Shown here: piece by piece, positions 46,744-56,017 of the stretch | Layout of the letters: each line of letters starts with the position of its first letter | Numbering within the stretch: the stretch's first letter is position 1 | Origin: an uncultured Gammaproteobacteria bacterium | Lineage (GTDB): Bacteria; Patescibacteriota; Patescibacteriia; SBBC01; CAIJZX01 | Assembly (NCBI GenBank): GCA_964518425.1 | Contig: CAZFGG010000003.1 | Span: 9,634 to 73,633, forward strand | DNA: 64,000 nucleotides | Reading direction: 5' to 3' | Position numbers and translations under genes: made by a program | Notes under the pieces: generated by a model | Seen by the model: the letters and a program-made list of their open reading frames with translations, nothing else | The model's database searches: none | What the model was told of the DNA's origin: nothing

Positions 46744-47451
46744 TTATTGGGATGGAACGACAGGCGCTTTGTACTCAATGACTGGGGTCTGGAACGTTCG
46801 GGCTCGATAGACTGGCCAGGCTCGAACGGCGGTCCGGCCGATAATTTGCGTACGCATAACCGGACCAAAGATCCGTGAATCAAGGCTGGCTGGTCGGTTA
46901 TCGCCTAAGACATAGAATTCGTTTTGACCGAGTGTCACGTCAAGGTGGCCAAAGGTTATCCGATCAGGCGGCAAATATTCTGATTCATTAAGGATGGCGC
47001 CGTCCGGATGAGCTGTATCAAAAACAGTTATTTCACCATCATTAATTGTTAAGCGGTCGCCGGGAAGGCCGATAACTCGTTTAATCAGAAATTCGCTGGG
47101 TTGGCTAGGATTTCGCAAAACAATGACGTCTCCGCGGGCCGGCTGGTGCAACCGGTAGGACAATTCATCAATGATGAGATATTCATTGTCATGAAAGTTC
47201 GGTTCCATCGACGCCCCCTTGACGTAGAACGGCTGGAGAATAAAGAACCTGATCGGAATAATGATCGCGAAGGCGATGACGATGATTTTGACAAGTTCCG
47301 CGGCAAAACTCCCAGCTGATCGATTGAAGCTCGGGAGAAAGTCTGATCGTTTTTCTGTAGCGGCCAATTTCCGTAAGTCAGTGCTCATACCACGAAAACG
47401 GCGTGGGTCACCAAGTGGGTTTTCCGGAGTAGACGTTGGAGAAGTAGGCAT
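46744..47451 (-). CDS. lepB: Signal peptidase I (S26)
   Basis: GASMEPNF (catalytic Ser box) and GDNRPASLDSR box E. Confidence 0.85.
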   Translation of the reverse strand: MPTSPTSTPENPLGDPRRFRGMSTDLRKLAATEKRSDFLPSFNRSAGSFAAELVKIIVIAFAIIIPIRFFILQPFYVKGASMEPNFHDNEYLIIDELSYRLHQPARGDVIVLRNPSQPSEFLIKRVIGLPGDRLTINDGEITVFDTAHPDGAILNESEYLPPDRITFGHLDVTLGQNEFYVLGDNRPASLDSRIFGPVMRTQIIGRTAVRAWPVYRARTFQTPVIEYKAPVVPSQ

Positions 47452-47465
47452 GAAGAGAAAAATTG

Positions 47466-47542
47466 TGGTGGTCGCACCTGGACTCGAACCAGGGACCTTT
47501 CCGATGTGAACGGAACGCTCTAACCAACTGAGCTATGCGACC
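47466..47542 (-). tRNA. tRNA-Val (CAC)
   Basis: Minus-strand cloverleaf GGTCGCA...TTCACAT anticodon loop...TTCGAGT...TGCGACC-A-CCA. Confidence 0.9.
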
Positions 47543-47625
47543 GAATCAACCGAGGAAGGCCCGTCACCGCTAAAATTGGCCAAGAATAGCCACAGGATAC
47601 CACGATTTTCTGACCATGGCAAGGG

Positions 47626-48315
47626 TTAACGTCGAGACAGGCGCCAGGCTAAGCGAAGGTCTTCAATAATGATGGACCAGGAGAATTTTGATTGGCCTGC
47701 CCGTCGATCGGTAAAGACCATCGGCACTTCGGCCACCCGGGCTCCCGCTCGCCGCGCCAGCCAGGTCATTTCCATCAACCACGCGTATCCGCGCCCCTCC
47801 ATTGTCTGTGCCAGGATCCGGTTCAAGATGTCAGCCCGCCAAGCTTTGTAGCCAGTACTCCAGTCGTGAATGTCCCATCCAAGCAGAAGCCGGATATAGA
47901 CATTCCCGAAAGTGCTGATCCAGCGTCGAAACCAAACAATATTGACCCGGCCACCAGGCACATAGCGCGAAGCAATAACCACATCATGGTTATCGAGTGC
48001 GGCCAAGAGCGCCGGAATGAGGCTGGGCGGATGTGATCGATCAGCGTCGAGTTGAATAATCGCCTGCGCGCCATGTTCCAGGGCATAACGAAAACCTGCT
48101 TGGTAGGCGGTGCCCAGCCCAGCTTTAGCTGGGCGATGGATGACATGAATCCGAGGATGCTGCTGATGGAGTTCATCCGCTAGCTGCCCCGTCCCATCGG
48201 GTGAATTGTCATCAACCACGACGACATCAACGTCTCCAATGCTGAAAATTTCGTCGATCAGCGGCTTGAGGTTGTCCCGCTCGTTGTAGGTCGGCGTAAC
48301 GATCCAGGTGGTCAT
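47626..48315 (-). CDS. GT2 polyprenol-phosphate glycosyltransferase (DPM1-like)
   Basis: VTPTYNERDNL, VVVDDNSPDGT and QLDADRSH GT-A motifs. Confidence 0.8.
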   Translation of the reverse strand: MTTWIVTPTYNERDNLKPLIDEIFSIGDVDVVVVDDNSPDGTGQLADELHQQHPRIHVIHRPAKAGLGTAYQAGFRYALEHGAQAIIQLDADRSHPPSLIPALLAALDNHDVVIASRYVPGGRVNIVWFRRWISTFGNVYIRLLLGWDIHDWSTGYKAWRADILNRILAQTMEGRGYAWLMEMTWLARRAGARVAEVPMVFTDRRAGQSKFSWSIIIEDLRLAWRLSRR

Positions 48316-49991
48316 GACGATCGACGGCGGCTCGGGCGCCGGGGTCGAGAGCGACGCGTCGGTCGTTCAAGATCGCGCTCGATATTTTCCAATGATTCTT
48401 CAACTTCAAGATCGGACAACTGCTTCCGACGAACCTGTCGGCGAAGTGTATCAATTTCTTCTTCCGCCCTGAGATCCCGTTGGTGCATCCGTTGGACAGC
48501 CACCAGGAGCCGGATCATGGTCCAGGTAATCAACCCTGCGAAAAAGATCAGAGCCAGCGTGGCGACCGGAAGAAATGCTACGGTGGCAATTGGCCGACCG
48601 CCCAGCAGAACGGAGTGCCCGCTCACAACGAGTGGGACTGGATCGCTCGCCACGCTCACTTGGCCGTCAGGGCCCATTGCAACAGCGGTGACGTTGTAAT
48701 GACCGGGACGAAAAACCTGATCGGTCGCGAGGGTCCACGGCGCTCGAACCGTTACCCCGCTCGCTAGCGCTGAAGGATCAACTTGTCCAGCGACCGATTG
48801 TCCAACCGCCTGACCATTAACATAGACCGTGACCGTATCTCCGGCGTTAGCGGTTCCCTTCACCTCCAGGCGGTCAAGGAGAAGCAGTGGACTGGTCAGA
48901 CTGGTGATCGTAGGAGCCTGGTAGCCTTCTTGTCCAACGGTCACTTCACTCGCGGTACTATTTCCAGCTTTATCAACCGCCGTGACCACGACCGTATGTT
49001 GCCCAGATTTCAGATCAGTCAGGGTAGCCGGACTAGAAACCGTCGTGGCCGGAACGCCGTCGAGGGATACTGTGTAGTGATCAACTCCGCTCGTGGCATC
49101 AGTCGTTTCGAACTGGACCTGGGGAGTCGGGTCTGATGGTCCCCGATCACGGATGACGGAGAGCGTGAAGTGGTCTGGTGCCGTATGGTCGTATTGCAGA
49201 CGGAATCGCTTCAGTCCGCCCCAGCCATCGCTGGTATGACTCTGGAGTACAAAATACCATACACCATCTGCGGGGAGAGAAACGCTGGCGGCAGTCAACG
49301 TTGTTTCGGTGAATTGATCGGGCGTAGCATTCGCGTCTTGGGTCAGAGCATATCGAAAACTCGTCACTCCGGATGGCTGTGACCACGTCATACTGGCTTG
49401 GCTCTGCTGGTACCAAGCATTTTCGCTTGGATGAGTAGTCGAGCTCACCGATGGCAGCGTCGGACTAGGGTTCGACGGAGCGGGTGTCGGAGTCGAGGCG
49501 GCCGTGACGGTGATTGAGGCTGTCCCGACACTCGTTAAAATATCAGTACCTTGCCCGTCATTCGCCAAGACCTTAGCTCCGCTGATTGAAAGATCCGCTT
49601 GGCCAACGGCGGTGGCTCGAAAAGTTGCGGAAATGATTTTCCCTCCGCTACCCGTATATCCTGGACTTGGTAAGCCGCCAGAAAGGGTAATACGTCCAGT
49701 GCTATTCGAACCGCTTGGCTGGACTGCCCAAAAGCTAAAAATTGATCCGCTCGTACTGAGGGAACTCAGTTGGAGGCGATTGGTTGAAAAAACAATGGTC
49801 GCTTCGGCAGCATTAATGGCTTGTCCGCCGGTGTTCACTTTTAAGGATAAGGTCACCGTCGAGCCAACTGCAAGAGATTTGCTGGCTGGGCTAAAATAGA
49901 GGCTCGCCCCAGCAGCCTTGGCGGGCTGCGCCCAAACGCTCACCAGTGTCCAGGCAAGCATGACCGTCAGTAAAGAAATTCGTCGGATCAT
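48312..49991 (-). CDS. Cohesin-domain surface protein with a C-terminal TM anchor and charged coiled-coil tail (paralog 1)
   Basis: Signal peptide; cohesin-like about 140-aa beta-sandwich (ASLYFSPASKSLAVGSTVTLSLKVNTGGQAINAAEATIVF...ISATFRATAVGQADLSI); second beta domain (GVWYFVLQSHTSDGW); C-terminal TM plus RRKQLSDLEVEESLENIERDLERP. Confidence 0.6.
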   Translation of the reverse strand: MIRRISLLTVMLAWTLVSVWAQPAKAAGASLYFSPASKSLAVGSTVTLSLKVNTGGQAINAAEATIVFSTNRLQLSSLSTSGSIFSFWAVQPSGSNSTGRITLSGGLPSPGYTGSGGKIISATFRATAVGQADLSISGAKVLANDGQGTDILTSVGTASITVTAASTPTPAPSNPSPTLPSVSSTTHPSENAWYQQSQASMTWSQPSGVTSFRYALTQDANATPDQFTETTLTAASVSLPADGVWYFVLQSHTSDGWGGLKRFRLQYDHTAPDHFTLSVIRDRGPSDPTPQVQFETTDATSGVDHYTVSLDGVPATTVSSPATLTDLKSGQHTVVVTAVDKAGNSTASEVTVGQEGYQAPTITSLTSPLLLLDRLEVKGTANAGDTVTVYVNGQAVGQSVAGQVDPSALASGVTVRAPWTLATDQVFRPGHYNVTAVAMGPDGQVSVASDPVPLVVSGHSVLLGGRPIATVAFLPVATLALIFFAGLITWTMIRLLVAVQRMHQRDLRAEEEIDTLRRQVRRKQLSDLEVEESLENIERDLERPTRRSRPRRPSRRRSS

Positions 49992-51412
49992 AGGGACGGG
50001 GCGGGTGGTGGAGGGGGCATGGTCGGAGGCGGAGGCGGAATCGTTGGCGAGACAGGCGTCGTTACCGTTGGAGGGACCGTCATATCGAGGTTGTGTTGAA
50101 CGAGTACTTGCGCTCGTTGAAGTTCATTTAATTCCCGCTGCAACTGATCAGATTTTTTTCGAGCGTCTTTCTCTAACGTCGCTAAGTCATGCTGGAATGT
50201 CGAGCGAATCCGGAGACGACGCACGATGAGGATCGTCAAGGCAATCAAGAGCAAGACCCCGAGTCCGAGAACGACAGCGTTAGCAACTGCTGGATTTCGC
50301 AATAATGGTACCCGGGCGAAGAACGATAGTCCAGCGGCCGTGACCGTTAATGTGACGCTGCCATCGGTCGCGTTGCCGGCCCGGTCGAAAGCCCGAACTT
50401 GCCATGCATACTTGCCAGCGGCCAAGGGGTTGATGATGTAGGGACTGGATGTTTCAACAAACAGCGTGTTGCCGGAACCGTCGCCACCGAGCGTCACTTG
50501 TCGAACTTCATAGTGATCGAGTCCCGAAGCTGCGTCCGTCGTTAAAAAACGTAAGGTTGTCGTATCTTGAGTGGTGACAATTGATTGGTCGATTTTCGGC
50601 GTGAACCCCGCGGGGGGCGTCGTGTCGATCTGGACCGGGTAGGACGTCGTTCCGCCCCAACTGACCGTCAGGGCCCGGATGTGAAAATACCAAACGCCAT
50701 CACTCGTAGCCTTGACGCTCGCTGAGGTTTGGGTCGTATCCACTTTTTCGTCGGGTGTCGACTTGGCCGTTTGATCGAAACTGTAGCTGTAGCCAAGTGC
50801 GCTGTCGATCGGTTCCCAGGCGAGTTGGACCTGGGAATTGCTATACCACTCATTACTATCCGGATGGGTCGGACTAGTCACGACCGGGCCAGCAGGGGGA
50901 GGGGTTTTGAGAGTAAGTTGAGCGGTCCCACTGCTGGTTAAGATGTTTGTTCCTTTGCCGTCGTTCCGTAAAACTTGTGAGGTCGGAGCAAACTTTATGG
51001 TGGCCGGGCCGGGTGATTTAACGCGAAACGTAACCGTGCTAATAACGCCGCCACTCGTTTTAATACCAGGGTTTGGCAGGCCTCCTTGAAAATGAATCGT
51101 GCCGTCGGTGTTAGAATACGACGGGGCAGTGACCCAAATCGAGATAAACGACGTACTGGCGACCGGATTAACGACTTGGAGTTTATCAGCCGGAAAAAGA
51201 ATATCAGCTTGGACCGCGTTGATGGCTTCCCCGCCAGTATCAACCAGGAACGACACGTCAATCGTACTACCGACTTCGTAGGTACCAGCTAGCGGTGAGA
51301 TGCTCAAGCTGGCGCCAGAGGCATACACAATTCGCCCCGTCGCGAGAAGTAGGATCAAGCTGAGCCCGACCGTCAGTGACCGACGCCCTGAGCCTGTGAT
51401 CTGTCGGACCAT
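49988..51412 (-). CDS. Cohesin-domain surface protein with C-terminal TM and Pro-rich tail (paralog 2)
   Basis: Same architecture (GASLSISPLAGTYEVGSTIDVSFLVDTGGEAINAVQADILF...; GVWYFHIRALTVSWGG; C-terminal TM plus a coiled-coil and PPPPPTMPPPPP). Start set to MVRQITG (51412) to avoid overlapping paralog 3. Confidence 0.6.
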   Translation of the reverse strand: MVRQITGSGRRSLTVGLSLILLLATGRIVYASGASLSISPLAGTYEVGSTIDVSFLVDTGGEAINAVQADILFPADKLQVVNPVASTSFISIWVTAPSYSNTDGTIHFQGGLPNPGIKTSGGVISTVTFRVKSPGPATIKFAPTSQVLRNDGKGTNILTSSGTAQLTLKTPPPAGPVVTSPTHPDSNEWYSNSQVQLAWEPIDSALGYSYSFDQTAKSTPDEKVDTTQTSASVKATSDGVWYFHIRALTVSWGGTTSYPVQIDTTPPAGFTPKIDQSIVTTQDTTTLRFLTTDAASGLDHYEVRQVTLGGDGSGNTLFVETSSPYIINPLAAGKYAWQVRAFDRAGNATDGSVTLTVTAAGLSFFARVPLLRNPAVANAVVLGLGVLLLIALTILIVRRLRIRSTFQHDLATLEKDARKKSDQLQRELNELQRAQVLVQHNLDMTVPPTVTTPVSPTIPPPPPTMPPPPPAPSL

Positions 51413-51434
51413 AGGCGGTGAGTATACCACAAGC

Positions 51435-52556
51435 TTAGCGCCGACGTTGGCGTCGCGTGAAGAACAAAACTCCGCCGACAACGATGACGACAGCGGCTGT
51501 CGCAAGGCTATCGCGGACGAGAACCGAGTGTCCAGTCAGGTGAATGGTTGCCGCACGTTCATTACCAGCCTGATCGCGAACGATAATCATCGCGTCATGG
51601 CCGCGCCACTCCGGCTTGATGACGAGCGGACTGGTCACTATTCCTTTGTCCACGTTGCCGACGCGAAGGTGGGCATCAGCTACCCCCGAGGTGGTGTCCG
51701 TGGTCGTCCAACTCATCGTCGGTTGCCCGTTCGTTTGGCTCGACGGGAGCAGCAGGATAGAAAATGGTGATGGCGGTTCGCGATCGAGGAGGAACCTGTA
51801 CTGACTCACGCGAGACCAAACACCATCCCCAACTTCACTTTTGATGGTGAAAAAATACACGCCGTCGCTCAAGCCATCGTAGTCAACCGAACCTGGCATT
51901 GGTTCGGCGGTGTCATCGGGGACATCATCAATTTTTGAAGATAACCGGTAGCTATAGATCGTTCCGGATGGAATCGTCCAACGAACATGAATCGTGTCAA
52001 TGGCCGTCCATCGATCAGGTGTCGGGATCGTCGAGGCATCGAGCGGAATACTCTGGACCAGCGTGTCGGCCAGCATCACATCGAGAGGTGAGCTCGTCAG
52101 ATCTAAGCGAGTTCCCTGACCATCATTCAGGTAGGCTGATGATATTTTTTGTTGGAGTGAGATCTGCCCGATGCCCGAGGCGAGACTGCGGAAGACCAGC
52201 GTCGCGACGGGAGCATCAATGGCGACTAATCCATGTGGCCGCCCAGCAACGAGACTAACCGTGCCGCTGTGGTTGTCCCATCCTGGTTCTTCCGGCCAGA
52301 GTGTCCAAATCGACTGCTGCCGCTCAACGCGCAGAAGTTCAAATTGAGTGCTGCTGAAGGCCAGGTGAAGATCGACCGCATTAATGATTCGGCCAAGACT
52401 ATCCATCCGGACCTCAACGCTGACGGTATCACCGGCCCGAACAAGGCCCGCCGGTCCAACGAGATGAACGTTCGGACTGGAGGCAGCCATGGCCGGCCGA
52501 ATGAATGCCAACCCAGCCACGGCGATGACGATGATGGCGTATCTTATCCGGTCCAT
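51435..52556 (-). CDS. Cohesin-domain surface protein with C-terminal TM (paralog 3)
   Basis: VHLVGPAGLVRAGDTVSVEVRMDSLGRIINAVDLHLAF...; GVYFFTIKSEVGDGVW; C-terminal TM plus RRQRRR. Confidence 0.55.
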   Translation of the reverse strand: MDRIRYAIIVIAVAGLAFIRPAMAASSPNVHLVGPAGLVRAGDTVSVEVRMDSLGRIINAVDLHLAFSSTQFELLRVERQQSIWTLWPEEPGWDNHSGTVSLVAGRPHGLVAIDAPVATLVFRSLASGIGQISLQQKISSAYLNDGQGTRLDLTSSPLDVMLADTLVQSIPLDASTIPTPDRWTAIDTIHVRWTIPSGTIYSYRLSSKIDDVPDDTAEPMPGSVDYDGLSDGVYFFTIKSEVGDGVWSRVSQYRFLLDREPPSPFSILLLPSSQTNGQPTMSWTTTDTTSGVADAHLRVGNVDKGIVTSPLVIKPEWRGHDAMIIVRDQAGNERAATIHLTGHSVLVRDSLATAAVVIVVGGVLFFTRRQRRR

Positions 52557-53863
52557 TGGAAGAGCATAATACTAAAGTCTGTCAGGTCAACGCGACCATC
52601 GTGATTGATGTCCGCCCGGCTGTTACTCGGATTCGTCTGGCGCCAGAAGAACAAGAGGATACTAAAATCGACGATGTTGACCTGGCCATCACCATTCAGG
52701 TCGGCCGGCGGCTTGCCATCGAACAAGCCCAGTGGGTTCACCGCGAAGGTCACGACCGCGCTCGCTTCGGAGGCAACACTACCACCGAGCACGGCCCGGG
52801 CCTGAGCTGTGTGTGTTCCAACACCTAAGGCTGTTGTATCAACTGATTTTGACCAGCGTCCTTGATCATCTGGATTGAGCGTAAATGACGTCGCTTGGAC
52901 TGAGTGGACGGTAAGTGTCAGGGCGCTGTCTGGAGTCGTCGTACCGGAAATAAGGACCGGCGTACCAATCTTAACGGTCCTGGTATTAATCGCGATCGAG
53001 GGACCAAGAAAGACGCCGCTAATGAAGGTCGTGGTGCTCGGGCTCAACGTTAAAGCAAAGGTGACTGGGCTCAGGACATTCTGCTGGTCATCGGTACCAT
53101 CGACTTCATAGACGACGGCTCCGGTCGGCTGATCGGAGAGGGTAATCGAAAACCTTGCTTGCGCATCAGCCGGCGTCGTGTTCACTAATTGACCATTACG
53201 GTTGATGGTCACCGTCGCGGTCGGAGCGGCATACCCGCTGAAGATGACGGTTGGGTTGGTCGGACCGGGCGGGGTGGTTTCTACCACTTCCGCTGACACC
53301 ACAACTTGGTCACTGCTGAGAACCGATAAAAAAAACTGGAAAGTATCAATTGGTGTTACGCCATTGGTGGTCGTCAGGTTAACAATCAGTCCCTGGGCCG
53401 GTGGCGGCGTTCCCAATTTAGCAATTGACCCGTCCGTCACGGACCAGCCATAGAGGGTTCCGGCGACCAAGGGACCGACCCCACTGACCGTGATGGTGTC
53501 AACGCTGCTCGAGCCGCTGCCTTGAACACAGTCGGCAGTGAGTGTTCCCGGTAGCGGCGTCGCGTTTTCTGTCACCCCCTCCGGACTACTGATGCCGCTG
53601 ACGCTCAAATCTACACCGGCCGTCCGGCACCACTGGCCGTCATCGCCGTCGGGAAAATCAAAAACAACGGTATTTGAAGAACCCGGGAGAGAAGTAGCTG
53701 GATTAAAAAAAACTTGATGAACTTCGCCCCCAGCCAAGTTGGCCTGTTGTCGCATCAAGTAATCCCGAACTTGGCTCAAACTACCAGCGTGAGCTCCGTG
53801 GGCGGAGAAGGCAAAAAACGTGATGACGACGAGACAGGCTAATCGCCAACGTTCCAGCCTCAT
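52544..53863 (-). CDS. Secreted dockerin-containing protein
   Basis: C-terminal tandem dockerin Ca-binding repeats DLNGDGQVNIVDFSILLFFW and DINHDGRVDLTDFSIMLFQW. The N-terminal about 150 aa (DDGQWCRTAGVDLSVSGI) is homologous to the N-termini of 54897..55979 and 56018..57118. Confidence 0.75.
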   Translation of the reverse strand: MRLERWRLACLVVITFFAFSAHGAHAGSLSQVRDYLMRQQANLAGGEVHQVFFNPATSLPGSSNTVVFDFPDGDDGQWCRTAGVDLSVSGISSPEGVTENATPLPGTLTADCVQGSGSSSVDTITVSGVGPLVAGTLYGWSVTDGSIAKLGTPPPAQGLIVNLTTTNGVTPIDTFQFFLSVLSSDQVVVSAEVVETTPPGPTNPTVIFSGYAAPTATVTINRNGQLVNTTPADAQARFSITLSDQPTGAVVYEVDGTDDQQNVLSPVTFALTLSPSTTTFISGVFLGPSIAINTRTVKIGTPVLISGTTTPDSALTLTVHSVQATSFTLNPDDQGRWSKSVDTTALGVGTHTAQARAVLGGSVASEASAVVTFAVNPLGLFDGKPPADLNGDGQVNIVDFSILLFFWRQTNPSNSRADINHDGRVDLTDFSIMLFQWTG

Positions 53864-53869
53864 GGAGAA

Positions 53870-54859
53870 TTACTTCTTCGGGGATCCGCTGGCCCGGCGG
53901 ATAATCATGGCGTTATACTGCCGGAGGCCAATGACCAGGGCATAGATGACGGCCACAATCACGAGAAGAATAACCAGCAATAATTGCCATGGGAAAATGG
54001 TGAATCGGACGGTTCCAACGAGTGGTTGGTTGGTGCTACCGTAGGTCAAATTCAAGCTAGCGGTATACGTCCCTAAGGCGAAATTGTGCCACTCGGCTCC
54101 AACTTCGTGGAAGAACCCTCCGCGTCCCTGGTCAACGCTACTTTTCGCCCAGGCGACGTCAAAGTGCCGAGACGAGTTTGGCAAAATAGCTCCGCGGCTA
54201 GAATTGAAGACGAGCGAGGCTGTCTGCCCGCCAAACATGTTATGAATAACGACTGTTCCTTCTGGACGGATATGAACGTTGCCAGTGTTGTTAATAACCG
54301 TTTCAATCGTTACCGGCGGACGCGTAAACGATCGGGTTCCACTTTTGACGACAAGGCTTTCAACCTTGGCCGATTCATTCAGCTGTCCTTGGACAGTCAG
54401 AATGATCAACGTTCCGATTTTTGAAGCAATCAAGACTGTTCCGCCCTGCCCGGCGTTCGGTTGAGTGCCGAAGAACAAGGCCGCGTAGTGACCGCCCGGA
54501 GCGGCATCTTTCGGAACGGTGATCGTGACCGGGACAGTCACGTTCTCGTTTGGCGCTAAGGCGTATTGTGTCGGCTTGACCGAAATCCATGAAGCCAAGT
54601 CTTCTTGTTTTCCTTGCGGATCAAACTTCGGCGTTCCATCTTCGTCAGCCGCGGTAAAGTTCGACGTTGACGTAAACAATGTCACCGGGTCAGACGACTC
54701 ATTGTAGAGCTTGATTGACGTGGTCAATGACTCACCGGGTTGGGCACCAAATTCAAGACTCGGCGGAACAAGTGTAATCGCTCGGGCGGCTGGAGAAAAG
54801 AATATTGCCCCGATGATGATAATAACTGAGGCCAGTGCTCGAGTAATGTTTTTGTTCAT
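53870..54859 (-). CDS. DUF916/DUF3324-like cell-surface protein (signal peptide, two Ig-like domains, C-terminal TM plus basic tail)
   Basis: 329 aa; architecture identical to the WxL-cluster CscA-type proteins of Firmicutes; C-terminus WQLLLVILLVIVAVIYALVIGL-RQYNAMIIRRASGSPKK. Confidence 0.45.
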   Translation of the reverse strand: MNKNITRALASVIIIIGAIFFSPAARAITLVPPSLEFGAQPGESLTTSIKLYNESSDPVTLFTSTSNFTAADEDGTPKFDPQGKQEDLASWISVKPTQYALAPNENVTVPVTITVPKDAAPGGHYAALFFGTQPNAGQGGTVLIASKIGTLIILTVQGQLNESAKVESLVVKSGTRSFTRPPVTIETVINNTGNVHIRPEGTVVIHNMFGGQTASLVFNSSRGAILPNSSRHFDVAWAKSSVDQGRGGFFHEVGAEWHNFALGTYTASLNLTYGSTNQPLVGTVRFTIFPWQLLLVILLVIVAVIYALVIGLRQYNAMIIRRASGSPKK

Positions 54860-54896
54860 GGTTGTGTCCCCTCCAGGATTAATACTGTTGGTTCTT

Positions 54897-55979
54897 TTAA
54901 AACTTCCCCGTCGTCACTAAGGTACTGGTGCTCGTGTAACTACCAGCTTTCGTTGTGCCAGAGACACCAGCGCCAAAGCATAGGGTCGTTGTCTGCGCAC
55001 TGACTGGAGCGCTGGCAGAGGCAAAGCTTTGGAAAGATGTTGAGAGTGCCGTCAGGTTGGTCGTGCTGGTAGTGGTAGCACAGGATGTTGGGTTCCACTG
55101 GGCGATCGTGTTGCCGGATTGTGAAGACGAAGCGCCATAGCCTTCGTTACCGATGGCTAACGTGCTACCAGGGACGTTCTGGATTGTGTTGCTACCGGAA
55201 GTAAGCGTCGCGTTGTAGTTCACTAAGGAGGCATAGCCGTTGGCACCATTCGTCGTGACTTGGCTGGTAATACCGGCTTGGTTGATGTGACCGGTATCGA
55301 GGGTACCGAGTGAAGCGGTGTTGGCACTCAGGACAACCGTCAAGGTTGGATTGACCGTGGCTGACACGGCGACTTGGTCGTTCGAAATAATTGAGAGAGC
55401 GACGGTTCCCGAATCAACATCGGCCGAGGCTCCCGTTTGGGTTTTGACGGTGACCTGAATGTCGTTCGCTGCGGCTGAGGTCGTTCCCAGTAAAGCGGTT
55501 GGCGATCCGGCTTGGGCAATGCGGACACCATATTTTGTCGTGCCGGACAGTGCCGCGACGTTGCTAATGGTAATCGTATCTGGCGTTTGGCTACAGGCGG
55601 TGCTGAAGCTGCTCGAGGAGGTCAAGGCTGAAGCTGATTCTGTCGCACCGGTTGGGTTGGTAATACCGGTCGCGACTAAGTCTGAGCCGGTCGTTCGGCA
55701 CCACTTGGTATTGTGGTTAGCGCCAGAGGGGAAGATGATCACGACTTTGCCGCCCGAAGAAACCGCGCTGACCGTTGTGAAAAAGACTTCCAGTTGCAAT
55801 CCGCTGGCGAGGTCCGCGATTTGGCGACTGAGGTAAACACGAGGAGTTGAGAGAGTACCAACGGCAAAAGCATTGTTGATCGGATACGAACAAACAAGAA
55901 GGCTCAGTACGCCAATCAATGCTGTCCAACGTGACAAACGGATTCTCTGGCTCTTAGTGATTATAGGGAGGTTCTTCAT
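54897..55979 (-). CDS. Secreted surface protein, paralog A, with the conserved C-terminal module ending ...LVTTGKF
   Basis: Signal peptide; N-terminal domain shared with the dockerin protein; C-terminal about 150 aa nearly identical to paralog B and homologous to the C-terminus of the giant protein 57205..63972. Confidence 0.55.
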   Translation of the reverse strand: MKNLPIITKSQRIRLSRWTALIGVLSLLVCSYPINNAFAVGTLSTPRVYLSRQIADLASGLQLEVFFTTVSAVSSGGKVVIIFPSGANHNTKWCRTTGSDLVATGITNPTGATESASALTSSSSFSTACSQTPDTITISNVAALSGTTKYGVRIAQAGSPTALLGTTSAAANDIQVTVKTQTGASADVDSGTVALSIISNDQVAVSATVNPTLTVVLSANTASLGTLDTGHINQAGITSQVTTNGANGYASLVNYNATLTSGSNTIQNVPGSTLAIGNEGYGASSSQSGNTIAQWNPTSCATTTSTTNLTALSTSFQSFASASAPVSAQTTTLCFGAGVSGTTKAGSYTSTSTLVTTGKF

Positions 55980-56017
55980 ATCGTCCAGGCTAGAATGAAA
56001 AGTAGTTAGAGGGTGTA

